Source: a virus. From it: DNA of 64,000 nucleotides. The stretch covers positions 1-64,000 of the IMG/VR virus record IMGVR_UViG_3300031576_000023; one strand, written 5' to 3'. Made by a program: the position numbers and the translations under genes. Under the pieces are notes generated by a model. That model ran no database searches. It was given only the letters and a program-made list of their open reading frames with translations, and had not been told where the DNA came from. Positions 44,458 to 52,857 of this stretch are shown piece after piece (the first letter of the stretch is position 1; every line of letters starts with the position of its first letter).

Positions 44458-45440
44458 AACTGGCCGTGCTCGGACGCGCCGACCCGACCGGCCTGGGCGC
44501 TATGACCGACGACTTCTGCCGCGCCATGGACCCCGATCTCGCCCTCGTCGTGGACTACTCCACCAGAGGCAAGACTGATCCAGGGCTGGTCCCCGGCAGC
44601 ATTGTACTGCCCCAGACTGAGCTTCGGTTCAGCGACTTCTGGGCCGAGATGCTGGCCGGCTACGACGCTCTCGTGGGCTTTGAGACGTTCTACGACGAGG
44701 CCGTCCTGCGCGGCGCCAAGCTGGCGGGATGCAAGACGATCCTGTTTCCGATGTGGGAGTGTACGCAGCCGTGGTGCGACGCCGCAGATGTGATGGTCTG
44801 CCTGAGCCCAGCCGACGAGGCGAGGTATCCGCGCGGGATCCCGATGCGGTGGGCCGTGGACCCCAGGCGGTTCCAGCCTCGCACTGACATATGTTGGCCG
44901 CCGAAACTGATCCAGCACAATGCCGGCACGCTCGGCCTGAACGGGAGGAACGGGACGGAGGAGTTCTTGCAGGCGGCCAGGTATCTCTCTGGAACTGGCG
45001 TCGCGGTGCTCGTGCGCGCACAGGAGCAGATTCCAACGGAGTGGCGGACGCCCGACGCCTACTATGCGGGCATGGTGGACCAGCGGGAGGACTTGTGGAG
45101 GGAGATGGACCTGTTCGTCTTTCCTCTGAAGATTCCTGGCCTTGCGTTGCCGCTAATCGAGGCCGCTGCCGTCGGCATCCCGACTCTGATCGTCGATATC
45201 GCTGAGCGACGCGACTACCACGCGGACTTTCGAGTCCCAATCGGCCGGACGTACCGCTGTCGGATCGGCGGTAACGAGGTCGAGTACCGCGCCGCGGACG
45301 TAGAGGCCCTGGGTAGGCGGATGCGGTCCATGGCGCTCGGGAACGTCCGCGTGCGAGTCCCGCCACATCCTCCGACGTGGCACAAGTTCAAGACACGGTG
45401 GCAGAACACCGTCACGCCACTGATCGGAAGAACGCCGTGA
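44454..45440 (+). CDS. Glycosyltransferase (GT-B, GT4-like)
   Basis: RADPTGLG, FETFY, PMWE, HNAG..RNGT, DLFVFP..GLALPLIEAAAVGIP. Confidence 0.78.
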   Translation: MKLAVLGRADPTGLGAMTDDFCRAMDPDLALVVDYSTRGKTDPGLVPGSIVLPQTELRFSDFWAEMLAGYDALVGFETFYDEAVLRGAKLAGCKTILFPMWECTQPWCDAADVMVCLSPADEARYPRGIPMRWAVDPRRFQPRTDICWPPKLIQHNAGTLGLNGRNGTEEFLQAARYLSGTGVAVLVRAQEQIPTEWRTPDAYYAGMVDQREDLWREMDLFVFPLKIPGLALPLIEAAAVGIPTLIVDIAERRDYHADFRVPIGRTYRCRIGGNEVEYRAADVEALGRRMRSMALGNVRVRVPPHPPTWHKFKTRWQNTVTPLIGRTP

Positions 45441-46545
45441 TGACCTCGCACACGTAGTCAACCGCCCCATCCTCTAGCATCCCCTGGTACAGCGGCAGGT
45501 ATAAGCCGCGCGCAGATAGGTCGTCGGCGACGGGATAGTCGCACTCGCATGCGTAATGACGCAGGTGGTTCTGCCTGTGCATCGGCACGAAGTAGGTCCG
45601 TGTCTCAATCCCGTGGTGCGCCAGCTCGCTCCGCAGGTCGTCGCGCCAGAACGGCGCGTCGCGAGTCACCAGTAGCGGGAAGACCCACCAGACGCTTCCA
45701 GCAGGACGCGAGGGGAACTCGATCCAGCGCGTATGGCGTAGGTTGTCTCGATACGCGGCGGCGATCATCTCGCGCTCACTCAAGATCGCGCTAAGGCGCT
45801 TCGTCTGTGAGTAGCCGAGCGCAGCCTGCATGGCCGTCATGCGGTAGCCGTAGGCCAACTCAGTATGTCGAAAATGCTCGTCATTGCTGAAGGCGTGCGC
45901 TTGCAGTTTTCGCAGCCATATGGCACTTTCCAGGTCGCGACACACCACCATTCCGCCTTCGCCAGTGGTGATGATTTTGTTCCCGTAGAAACTGTACGTT
46001 GCCAGGCTGCATGTTGCCAGGTCGCGAAGCCCTGCCGTTGCGCCGTGCGCCTCGGAGTTGTCCAGGATCAACGGGCATCCTTGCGCATTCGCCACGACAG
46101 TAGCCTCGTCTGCCGGAACACCGTATAGCGCTACCGGCATGACGGCCGCTGGCCTATGCTCGCGAATCAGTTTGTCGAGCACCTTCGGGTCCATGTTGCC
46201 CGTTGCCGGCTCGCTGTCGCAAAATACAGGGATCGCCCCGCAGTAAAGCACGGCGTTGGCGCAGGCCACCATCGTTAGCACTGGCAGTATTACCCTGTCG
46301 CCAGGCCGGACCAACGCCGCTCGCAAGGCCAGATGCAGTGCTGTGGTTCCGCTGTTGCAGGCTACGCCGTGGGCATAACCGCTGGCCGCGGCGAACGCTC
46401 GCTCGAACTGTTCGACGTATGGACCGCCGCTGACCCAACCGTCCTTTAGGCACGCGGCAACGGCCTGCCTATCGTTAGCCGTGATCTTCGGCCTGGCGAC
46501 TGGTACGTACTTCTCAGCGCTAATGTTGACGATCGGGTCAGGCAT
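45412..46545 (-). CDS. per: GDP-perosamine synthase-like PLP aminotransferase (DegT/DnrJ/EryC1/StrS)
   Basis: GWVSGGPYVEQFE, NSGTTALHLAL, SEAHGA, SFYGNKIITTGEGG (PLP lysine), YRMTAMQAALG, GIETR..F.PMH.Q, GLYLP. Confidence 0.9.
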   Translation of the reverse strand: MPDPIVNISAEKYVPVARPKITANDRQAVAACLKDGWVSGGPYVEQFERAFAAASGYAHGVACNSGTTALHLALRAALVRPGDRVILPVLTMVACANAVLYCGAIPVFCDSEPATGNMDPKVLDKLIREHRPAAVMPVALYGVPADEATVVANAQGCPLILDNSEAHGATAGLRDLATCSLATYSFYGNKIITTGEGGMVVCRDLESAIWLRKLQAHAFSNDEHFRHTELAYGYRMTAMQAALGYSQTKRLSAILSEREMIAAAYRDNLRHTRWIEFPSRPAGSVWWVFPLLVTRDAPFWRDDLRSELAHHGIETRTYFVPMHRQNHLRHYACECDYPVADDLSARGLYLPLYQGMLEDGAVDYVCEVITAFFRSVA

Positions 46546-46856
46546 GTTTCAATCTGCCTCGCCGCAGAGAGGAATATGCCGTTCTCTCAGGCGTCGCAAC
46601 CGATAGCGATGCGCCGCAAGCTTCGGAGATTTGGCGGCCTTGGTAAGCAGATTGACAAATGTAGTCATGGAATCTCCTTGTGTTACAAAACTGATGCTAA
46701 CTGCCGGTCGCCGCACCACGGGTCGAGCCGGCACAACTCTGGTTCATGTCGTGCACGACATTCTTCATGCAGGAATAACAGTACCGGCCGTCTCGTGTTA
46801 CTGCGATTTTCTCTCCGCATGCGCCGCATATTCCGTCTTTGCGAGCCTCCGGTAAC

Positions 46857-47504
46857 TCACACATGGTAGTCAACCGCCACCAACATGGTATCGGGTGCCA
46901 GGGGTCGAATGAACCTTGCGTAGTACAGCTCCTGCCAGCGATCGTTTCTATCCTCGTCGAAGCTGACGATCTTTGCGTCGGTCTCCTTGCAGGTCACGAG
47001 GCACCGACCGGCGTACTCCATCCCCTTGTTCTCAGCCGTGATCTCGCACTCAGTCGCTGCTGTCATGCCGAAGAACCCGAGTCGTGCTTTCTCGTGCCAT
47101 ACTCGGTTTCTGAGAAACGCATAAGCTATGATAGGAGATTCGCGCGCTGTCCGATCCAGCAGCGATTCCAGGCTGTCAACGCCATCGAGACCATATAGGA
47201 AATGTTGCGTAACCTCATCCTTATGTAGCTCGCGCTCCCATGCTTTCCACAGTTTACGGGATCGTTCCAAGCTCGCCTCGTGGCACGCTTCCTCCGTCAG
47301 CTCTACGCGGCGCGCAGCGTTCTTGCCGAGCAGCGCCCCCTCGTACCTGCCACCAATCGTCCAATAGTCCCAGCGAGAGCCGTCCTTGAACCACTTGTCC
47401 TCTTCATCGAACGGGTCCATCTGATACCCAACGGCTTTCGCCAACTCGTCTGCTGACAGCGACACCGCTTGTTCCAGCGCGACAATAACAAGCCCGTGTG
47501 ACAT
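46857..47504 (-). CDS. Conserved phage hypothetical protein
   Basis: RWDYWTIGGRY, GFFG, LVAVDYH motifs; AAGGAG RBS. Confidence 0.75.
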   Translation of the reverse strand: MSHGLVIVALEQAVSLSADELAKAVGYQMDPFDEEDKWFKDGSRWDYWTIGGRYEGALLGKNAARRVELTEEACHEASLERSRKLWKAWERELHKDEVTQHFLYGLDGVDSLESLLDRTARESPIIAYAFLRNRVWHEKARLGFFGMTAATECEITAENKGMEYAGRCLVTCKETDAKIVSFDEDRNDRWQELYYARFIRPLAPDTMLVAVDYHV

Positions 47505-47525
47505 CGCGACTCTCCTTGTTTTATT

Positions 47526-47972
47526 CTAACAACTGGCTGATAGCTGCTGTACCGTTACTTCCACGCCTGCCGTCTCGCCGCCGGCCGCGACGAACTTGCT
47601 GCATACGAGTTTCGCTACGTGCGAGTCGTTGCTCCAGGCTAATCCGGTCAGCGCGTCGCAGGTGGACTTTGCAAGGTTGTCCAAGTCCTTCCCGCCTGCC
47701 AGCCATGCGCGCGGCGTCGCGCGTCTCTTCCAGCACATCGCTTGCGGTCGCGGGAACACGAACTCCAGAGTCACCGCGACCGGACCGGAGAACAGCCCCG
47801 CGCCGGATTGTTTCCAGGATAGCTGGACGGCAGCCTTGTAGGCGTTGACGGGGTGCTTCACTGGCGTGTAGTTCCTCGTGTACGCCTGGTTGCCGGTCGT
47901 GACGACGCGATATCGCTGGCGCGGCTGAGCCACCGGGACGCAGGGGACGCGGAAATTGACCGCTTGAACCAT
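47526..47972 (-). CDS. rusA: RusA-family Holliday junction resolvase
   Basis: PVAQPRQR, GPVAVTLEFVFPRP, KDLDNLAKSTCDALTG..WSNDSHV..K. Confidence 0.9.
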   Translation of the reverse strand: MVQAVNFRVPCVPVAQPRQRYRVVTTGNQAYTRNYTPVKHPVNAYKAAVQLSWKQSGAGLFSGPVAVTLEFVFPRPQAMCWKRRATPRAWLAGGKDLDNLAKSTCDALTGLAWSNDSHVAKLVCSKFVAAGGETAGVEVTVQQLSASC

Positions 47973-47993
47973 CGCGCCACTCCGCCCTAGCCC

Positions 47994-48347
47994 TCACTTG
48001 TTACCGTCATAAGTAGCGCTCGCGGCTTTCTCGTCGTCGTGCACCGCCGATTCTTCGTCCTCGGCGGCCCGCGCGTACGCCTCATTGATCAACTCGCTGC
48101 CGACCACGTAGTACCCGCTGGCTGCCAGGGCCACGTCGAGCGCCGGCCACTTGCGCAGCTCAAGAATCTCGTCGCCCTCATGGGCCACGACGTTTCCGTC
48201 CGCGCTCGCCTTCAGGCCACGCGAAGTGCGGGCCACGCGGCGAAACCAGCCGGGCTGGCCCTCCACGACGTACAGCCGCTTGCCGGTAAATCCGTCGCTG
48301 TCGCACGCTGTTACCAACCCGATCATCGTCGCCTCTGGGATCATCAT
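47994..48347 (-). CDS. Hypothetical protein
   Basis: AAGGAG RBS; overlaps upstream gene. Confidence 0.55.
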   Translation of the reverse strand: MMIPEATMIGLVTACDSDGFTGKRLYVVEGQPGWFRRVARTSRGLKASADGNVVAHEGDEILELRKWPALDVALAASGYYVVGSELINEAYARAAEDEESAVHDDEKAASATYDGNK

Positions 48348-48820
48348 GCAGTCTCCTTGCGTCTTTGTGACTTGCCCGCTTTTAGGCGTGTCAATCGCGT
48401 GCCTTTAATCACCTGGAAAATGCGCTGCCTGGTAACGCCAGTCGCGTCCGCTATCGCCTGGTAGGTGGCGCCGCCACGGCGCATTTGTTCGGCGACGCCG
48501 CGCCATGCGGCAGTCCGTCTGACGGTCGCGGCGCTCATGACGCCAAGCCGCTTAATGTTGCACAGCCAGCACGTCTTCTTCGCCGCACTAGTCTTTGTTC
48601 GTTCGCATGCGTACCGCCTGGCGGCTTTCACGCAGGCGGCGCACAGCCAGCGCTTGCGTAGCTTGCGAACGCCTGCCCTGCGCGCCGCCCGAACTACCTT
48701 GCTAAGAACTACATTGTTAACCTGCACCGCCTTGTCGCTGAACTCCTCATGGTGCCCGCACGCCTGGCAGATGACGGTTAGAGTAATCAGTCGCGGCGGT
48801 AGACGATGGTTTGTATCCAT
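48344..48820 (-). CDS. Cys-rich protein with C-terminal sigma70-region-4-like HTH
   Basis: CQAC, CAAC, CWLC; MRRGGATYQAIADATGVTRQRIFQVI. Confidence 0.65.
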   Translation of the reverse strand: MDTNHRLPPRLITLTVICQACGHHEEFSDKAVQVNNVVLSKVVRAARRAGVRKLRKRWLCAACVKAARRYACERTKTSAAKKTCWLCNIKRLGVMSAATVRRTAAWRGVAEQMRRGGATYQAIADATGVTRQRIFQVIKGTRLTRLKAGKSQRRKETA

Positions 48821-48864
48821 GCCCGGTATTTTACCGGTTGGGCGCAAGGCTGTTGGGCGAAACT

Positions 48865-50172
48865 TCAAGGCCGAAAGCAAGCAAACCGCAGGCGTTCCGC
48901 AGCCCTGGTAGCGGCTGTGTAAGACCAGCGAACCTGGTCCCAGAGGATGTTCTTCTGCTCCAGGACGGCAACCTTGTCCCACTCGCTGCCCTGCGCCTTG
49001 TGACACGTAATGCAGTAGGCGTACTCGACTGGAATTTCATTCCGGCTCTTGATAGCAAACGTCTCGTCCGTCGTGATTCCGTTCGAGCGCCCGAGGCAGG
49101 TCGTGTTCAGCTTGCACAGCCCCATGTCTCGCCCGTCGTCTCCGACGCAGCGCGCCTCAACGACGTCCCTTTCCTCCTTGACGATTTCTACGACTTCGAG
49201 CTGCATCCCGTTGAACACGCCAAGGCGCGTGTCGTTCGCCAATACCATGAGGCGCTCACCTGGCTCTAGTAGCCCGCGCCGGCCCTTGAGGGACCGGACC
49301 GCCTCGTTGGTTCTCACGCGCGTCGCGTTCCGCCCGCAGATCAACTGGTCGGCCCAGCCGTAGGACTCCTCGAATGACTCCGGCGGTACGACGTCGACTT
49401 CGCCCTTCGTGCCGTATTTGTATGGCCTGCGCTGACGGAGCACCGTCGCGAACTCAATGATGGCGGACTGCTCTTCCTGCCTGTGAATTTCCTGGAGCAC
49501 GATATCGGGGTCTTTCATCAGGCGCGGATCGTCCCCGATAGGTTCGAGCTGGCCGCAGTCCCCGCACACTACGACCGGCAAGCGGAACGAGCGCAGGTCC
49601 TTCCACAGCTCGGTGGAAACCATCGAGCCTTCGTCCAGCAACACCCAGTCGCATTCCAGGCTGCGGCGCCTCGTGAATGCGCCGTCGTTCCAGGTATAGA
49701 TCAGGCTGTGCATGGTGCTGACGGCGCCGCTGATGCCCTTGCGCCGCAGGACGTGTACGGCCTTGCCGGTAAAGGCGCAGGCAGCTCCGCCGGGCACGGC
49801 AGCGAAGATCGCCCTGGCGACCGACGTCTTACCGGTCCCGGCGTAGCCGCCGATCCGAAAAAGCTGCTGGCCTTTGCGCACGCTGGCGACCGCCATCTCG
49901 ATCGCCCGCTCCTGCTCGTCTGTATAGCAAAGTCCAGGAGCCGCTGGCCGCTTGGCTGGCACGCCCTTCGGGAGCGGGATGCCTCTGGCCGCCAGGAGCT
50001 GCCTGGCGGCCAAGATCAAGCTGTTCAGCTCTCGCTCTTTCGTCGTGGGGGCCAGACCGGCGTCCGCGATTTCCTGTACAGTCCGCTTTGCCGCGAACTT
50101 GAGGAGCGTCTTGGGCCTCAACTCACCGAGGCGCCGGCTGCCGGCCAGCCCGGCCGGAAAACTCTCCAGCAT
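48865..50172 (-). CDS. RecD/Dda-like SF1B DNA helicase
   Basis: GGYAGTGKT, AFTGKA, STMHSLIY, LLDEGSMV, GDCGQLEPI, EIHRQ, YAYCITCHKAQGSEW; GGAGG upstream of ATG 50172. Confidence 0.92.
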   Translation of the reverse strand: MLESFPAGLAGSRRLGELRPKTLLKFAAKRTVQEIADAGLAPTTKERELNSLILAARQLLAARGIPLPKGVPAKRPAAPGLCYTDEQERAIEMAVASVRKGQQLFRIGGYAGTGKTSVARAIFAAVPGGAACAFTGKAVHVLRRKGISGAVSTMHSLIYTWNDGAFTRRRSLECDWVLLDEGSMVSTELWKDLRSFRLPVVVCGDCGQLEPIGDDPRLMKDPDIVLQEIHRQEEQSAIIEFATVLRQRRPYKYGTKGEVDVVPPESFEESYGWADQLICGRNATRVRTNEAVRSLKGRRGLLEPGERLMVLANDTRLGVFNGMQLEVVEIVKEERDVVEARCVGDDGRDMGLCKLNTTCLGRSNGITTDETFAIKSRNEIPVEYAYCITCHKAQGSEWDKVAVLEQKNILWDQVRWSYTAATRAAERLRFACFRP

Positions 50173-51029
50173 GGCAAGGTGTCCGCCCTTACCTCCCCGC
50201 TTGGAGTGGCAGACGCCCTGCCGACCTTCTTTTCTCCTTCGCATTGCCTTAATTTACCGCGCGAGGACCGGCCTGTTGGGCAAACTGCCGTCTTTTACGC
50301 CTGTTTTTAGCTGATTGCCAGGCCGGCTGCCCTATGCCCAGGATTGCGGTTTACTTTCGGCCGCCAACACGGTAACGTTTACCCGCCGGCCGCGAACGGC
50401 GGCCGGGGCTGAGATGGGTTGATATGCAAAAGCGATCAACAAAACGAGCCGGCGCAACAGCTACGCCGGCTCTCATGTCTTTGACGCTGGTTTGGCCGCC
50501 GCCGTCAAAACACGTGCATCTCAATTTAGTCTAACAGCCCCTGTTTGGCAAGGCCACGGTTATCAGGTTCCGCCGAGATCGCGCCTTTTTTCGGCCAGCT
50601 CCAAGGGAACCCGCGGCAAAGACCTGAAGCCCCCGGTCGCCTAAAGCACGTGGGCGGGCACAGAAGTATCAACTATTCTGTCGCTGCGCGGCGTTCCAGC
50701 CGCGCGGCGAACGTCGTAGGGAAAACGGTACGCGACGGCAAAAACAAAGCGGGTGGCTTGCACGGCGGGATTGCGCGCGCAAACGACTTTTTGCCAGTGT
50801 TCTTCGCGCTTTACGCTCGTTTTTCCCTTTACAGAAGTAGCGCGCCGCACGTTTTTCATTGCAGCACGTTTTCTCGCTTTCCTTGTCCCCCTTCTTCGTC
50901 TTTCTTGGCGCGCAGCGTGACCTAAGCGCGCATAGCGCCAGCGCGAGAAAAGTCGCCCAACAGCCGGGCCGGCTAGGGTAGAATCTCCCGCAGTTTGTTG
51001 ACACGTTCCAGTCACGGAATGGCCTGGAG

Positions 51030-51863
51030 ATGCCGCGAGAGTTAACGATCGACGCCGAGTTCAAGGGCCAGTGCCCTGCGCACTCCGAGGAAGAACTAAA
51101 GCTGCTGCGCGAGCAGATCGAGGAGGAGGGGTGCATCGCGCCATTGGTCGTGTGGGCTGGGGAGGGGATCATCCTCGACGGGCACACGAGGTACGCGATG
51201 TGCCTGGACCTCGGTATCGAGTTCAAGGTTCACGAGAAGCAGTTCGCCAAGCGAGAGGCGGCAATGGCGTGGATACTTCGGCATCAGCTCGGAAGGCGGA
51301 ACTTGCTGCCGGAGCAGCGCGCTGTCTTGTTGGGGAATTATTACAACCTACTGAAGTCGTCTCGCGGGAAGCGCACCGGAAGAGGGTTGACGGCCGAGCT
51401 GATCGCGGTCGAGCAGGGCGTGTCCGTCCCCACGATCCTGCGGCACGCGCGGTACGCCGACGCGATGCAGGAGCTGAAGCGCCGCGGCAGCGGGGACATC
51501 GTCAAGGCGATCCTGGACGGCGACGTGCGGGCTAACGTGGACGCCCTGAAGCTTCTGTCACGGCGACCGAAGGCCGATCTTGAGCGTGCCAGCGTTCTCT
51601 TGAAGCGCGGAGATCTACACGACGTGGCGGACTTGCTGCCGGACGGCGGGCGCCGAAACAAGCAGGTGGCTGGGCAGGGGATGGCGGGTGGCATGCTGGG
51701 CGTGAGCTTCGGCGCCGTCGAGACGGTGCTAGCGAAGTGCGCGCGGCTCGTGGAGGAGCTGGCGCACAAGATGGGCGGCCCTTCGGTGCGATCGCGCGGG
51801 ATCGTGGGCAAGCTTCGAGAGGTCACCGGCGACGTGCTGGCATGGAAACGCAGCTTTCGGTAG
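51030..51863 (+). CDS. ParB/Srx N-terminal domain protein with HTH
   Basis: IDAEFK..P..SEEELKLL, PLVVW, ILDGHTRY, QLGRRNL, TAELIAVEQGVSVPTI. Confidence 0.85.
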   Translation: MPRELTIDAEFKGQCPAHSEEELKLLREQIEEEGCIAPLVVWAGEGIILDGHTRYAMCLDLGIEFKVHEKQFAKREAAMAWILRHQLGRRNLLPEQRAVLLGNYYNLLKSSRGKRTGRGLTAELIAVEQGVSVPTILRHARYADAMQELKRRGSGDIVKAILDGDVRANVDALKLLSRRPKADLERASVLLKRGDLHDVADLLPDGGRRNKQVAGQGMAGGMLGVSFGAVETVLAKCARLVEELAHKMGGPSVRSRGIVGKLREVTGDVLAWKRSFR

Positions 51864-51874
51864 GCGGTATTTCG

Positions 51875-51892
51875 GCCCAATAGCTATTGAGC
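51875..51892. promoter_or_regulatory. Palindrome between tandem ParB-like genes (candidate operator/parS)
   Basis: Perfect CAATAGCTATTG (51878-51889) inside a longer imperfect stem GGCGGTA...TACCGCC. Confidence 0.3.
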
Positions 51893-51948
51893 TAGCCGGT
51901 AAAATTACCGCCGGACGACCATTTGACCGTTTTCATAGGAGCGAGCGC

Positions 51949-52848
51949 ATGGCGAAAGCCAAAGAATTCGAGCTGCATCCAGCGGCGGAGATCTTCCCTT
52001 TGTTGAAGCACTGCGACCCTGAAGTCTGGAAAGAATTTCTCGACGACATGCGCGAGAACGGCCAGCAGGAGCCGATCGCGCTCTGTGAGGGGAAGGTGCT
52101 GGACGGACGCAACCGCCTGCTTGGCTGTCAGGCGCTGGGCTTGGAGCCAAAGACAATCAACGTCCGGCCTGCTAGCCCTGTCAAATACGTGATTTCGCGC
52201 AACTTGCACCGCCGGCACTTGACCATCGGGCAATACTCGGGGTGCGCTGCGCGATCTATATCGATGTTCGAGGCGGAAGCGGCGGAGCGCAAAGCGAAAG
52301 GCCAGAAAAAAGGCGGGGCAGCCACGGCGAAAAAGGCTCTAGGCAAACATTTGCCTCAAGCCATTGAGGCTGACGGGACTGTGGCAGACGAAGCTAACGC
52401 GAAGCTTGCGGAGGCAGCGACCGGCAAGGCCGTAGACATGGCTGGCAAAGCGTTTGGCGTGAGCGGCGAGAATGTCCGCAAGGCTGCTGCGGTGATTGGA
52501 CAAGCGTCTCCGGAAGTCACAAGACTCATGGATCATGGCGAAATTACGGTGAACGTTGCTACCAAGCTTGCCGACTTACCGAAGGCCAAACAGGCGGAGG
52601 CGGTCGCCCAGATCAAGCGCGGCGAGAAACCAAAGGCCCTGAAGATCAAGCGCGCGAAGTCCGGCGGCGTAGCTGTGACGCACAAGGACTTGAGGGAGCA
52701 GCTTGGCAAGCTGGCCCGGCTGGTTGACGCGCTGGAGAAAAAACACCCTGGCGGGAAGTTCAGTCGCGGGATTCACGACAGGCTCAAGGCGTGCCATGGG
52801 CTGGTCGCCGACTGGCAGCGGTCGCCGAACTCAGCGCAGAAAGATTGA
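51949..52848 (+). CDS. ParB/Srx N-terminal domain protein with HTH (paralog)
   Basis: HPAAEIFPL, NGQQEPI, VLDGRNR, SRNLHRRHLT, AGKAFGVSGENV. Confidence 0.85.
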   Translation: MAKAKEFELHPAAEIFPLLKHCDPEVWKEFLDDMRENGQQEPIALCEGKVLDGRNRLLGCQALGLEPKTINVRPASPVKYVISRNLHRRHLTIGQYSGCAARSISMFEAEAAERKAKGQKKGGAATAKKALGKHLPQAIEADGTVADEANAKLAEAATGKAVDMAGKAFGVSGENVRKAAAVIGQASPEVTRLMDHGEITVNVATKLADLPKAKQAEAVAQIKRGEKPKALKIKRAKSGGVAVTHKDLREQLGKLARLVDALEKKHPGGKFSRGIHDRLKACHGLVADWQRSPNSAQKD

Positions 52849-52857
52849 CGGGCAGGC

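Noticed and set aside
39404-46545. Host O-antigen locus marking a prophage boundary
   Set aside because: Flanked on both sides by phage genes, coupled to the tail operon, and lacking wzx/wzy/ABC transporter or priming transferase.
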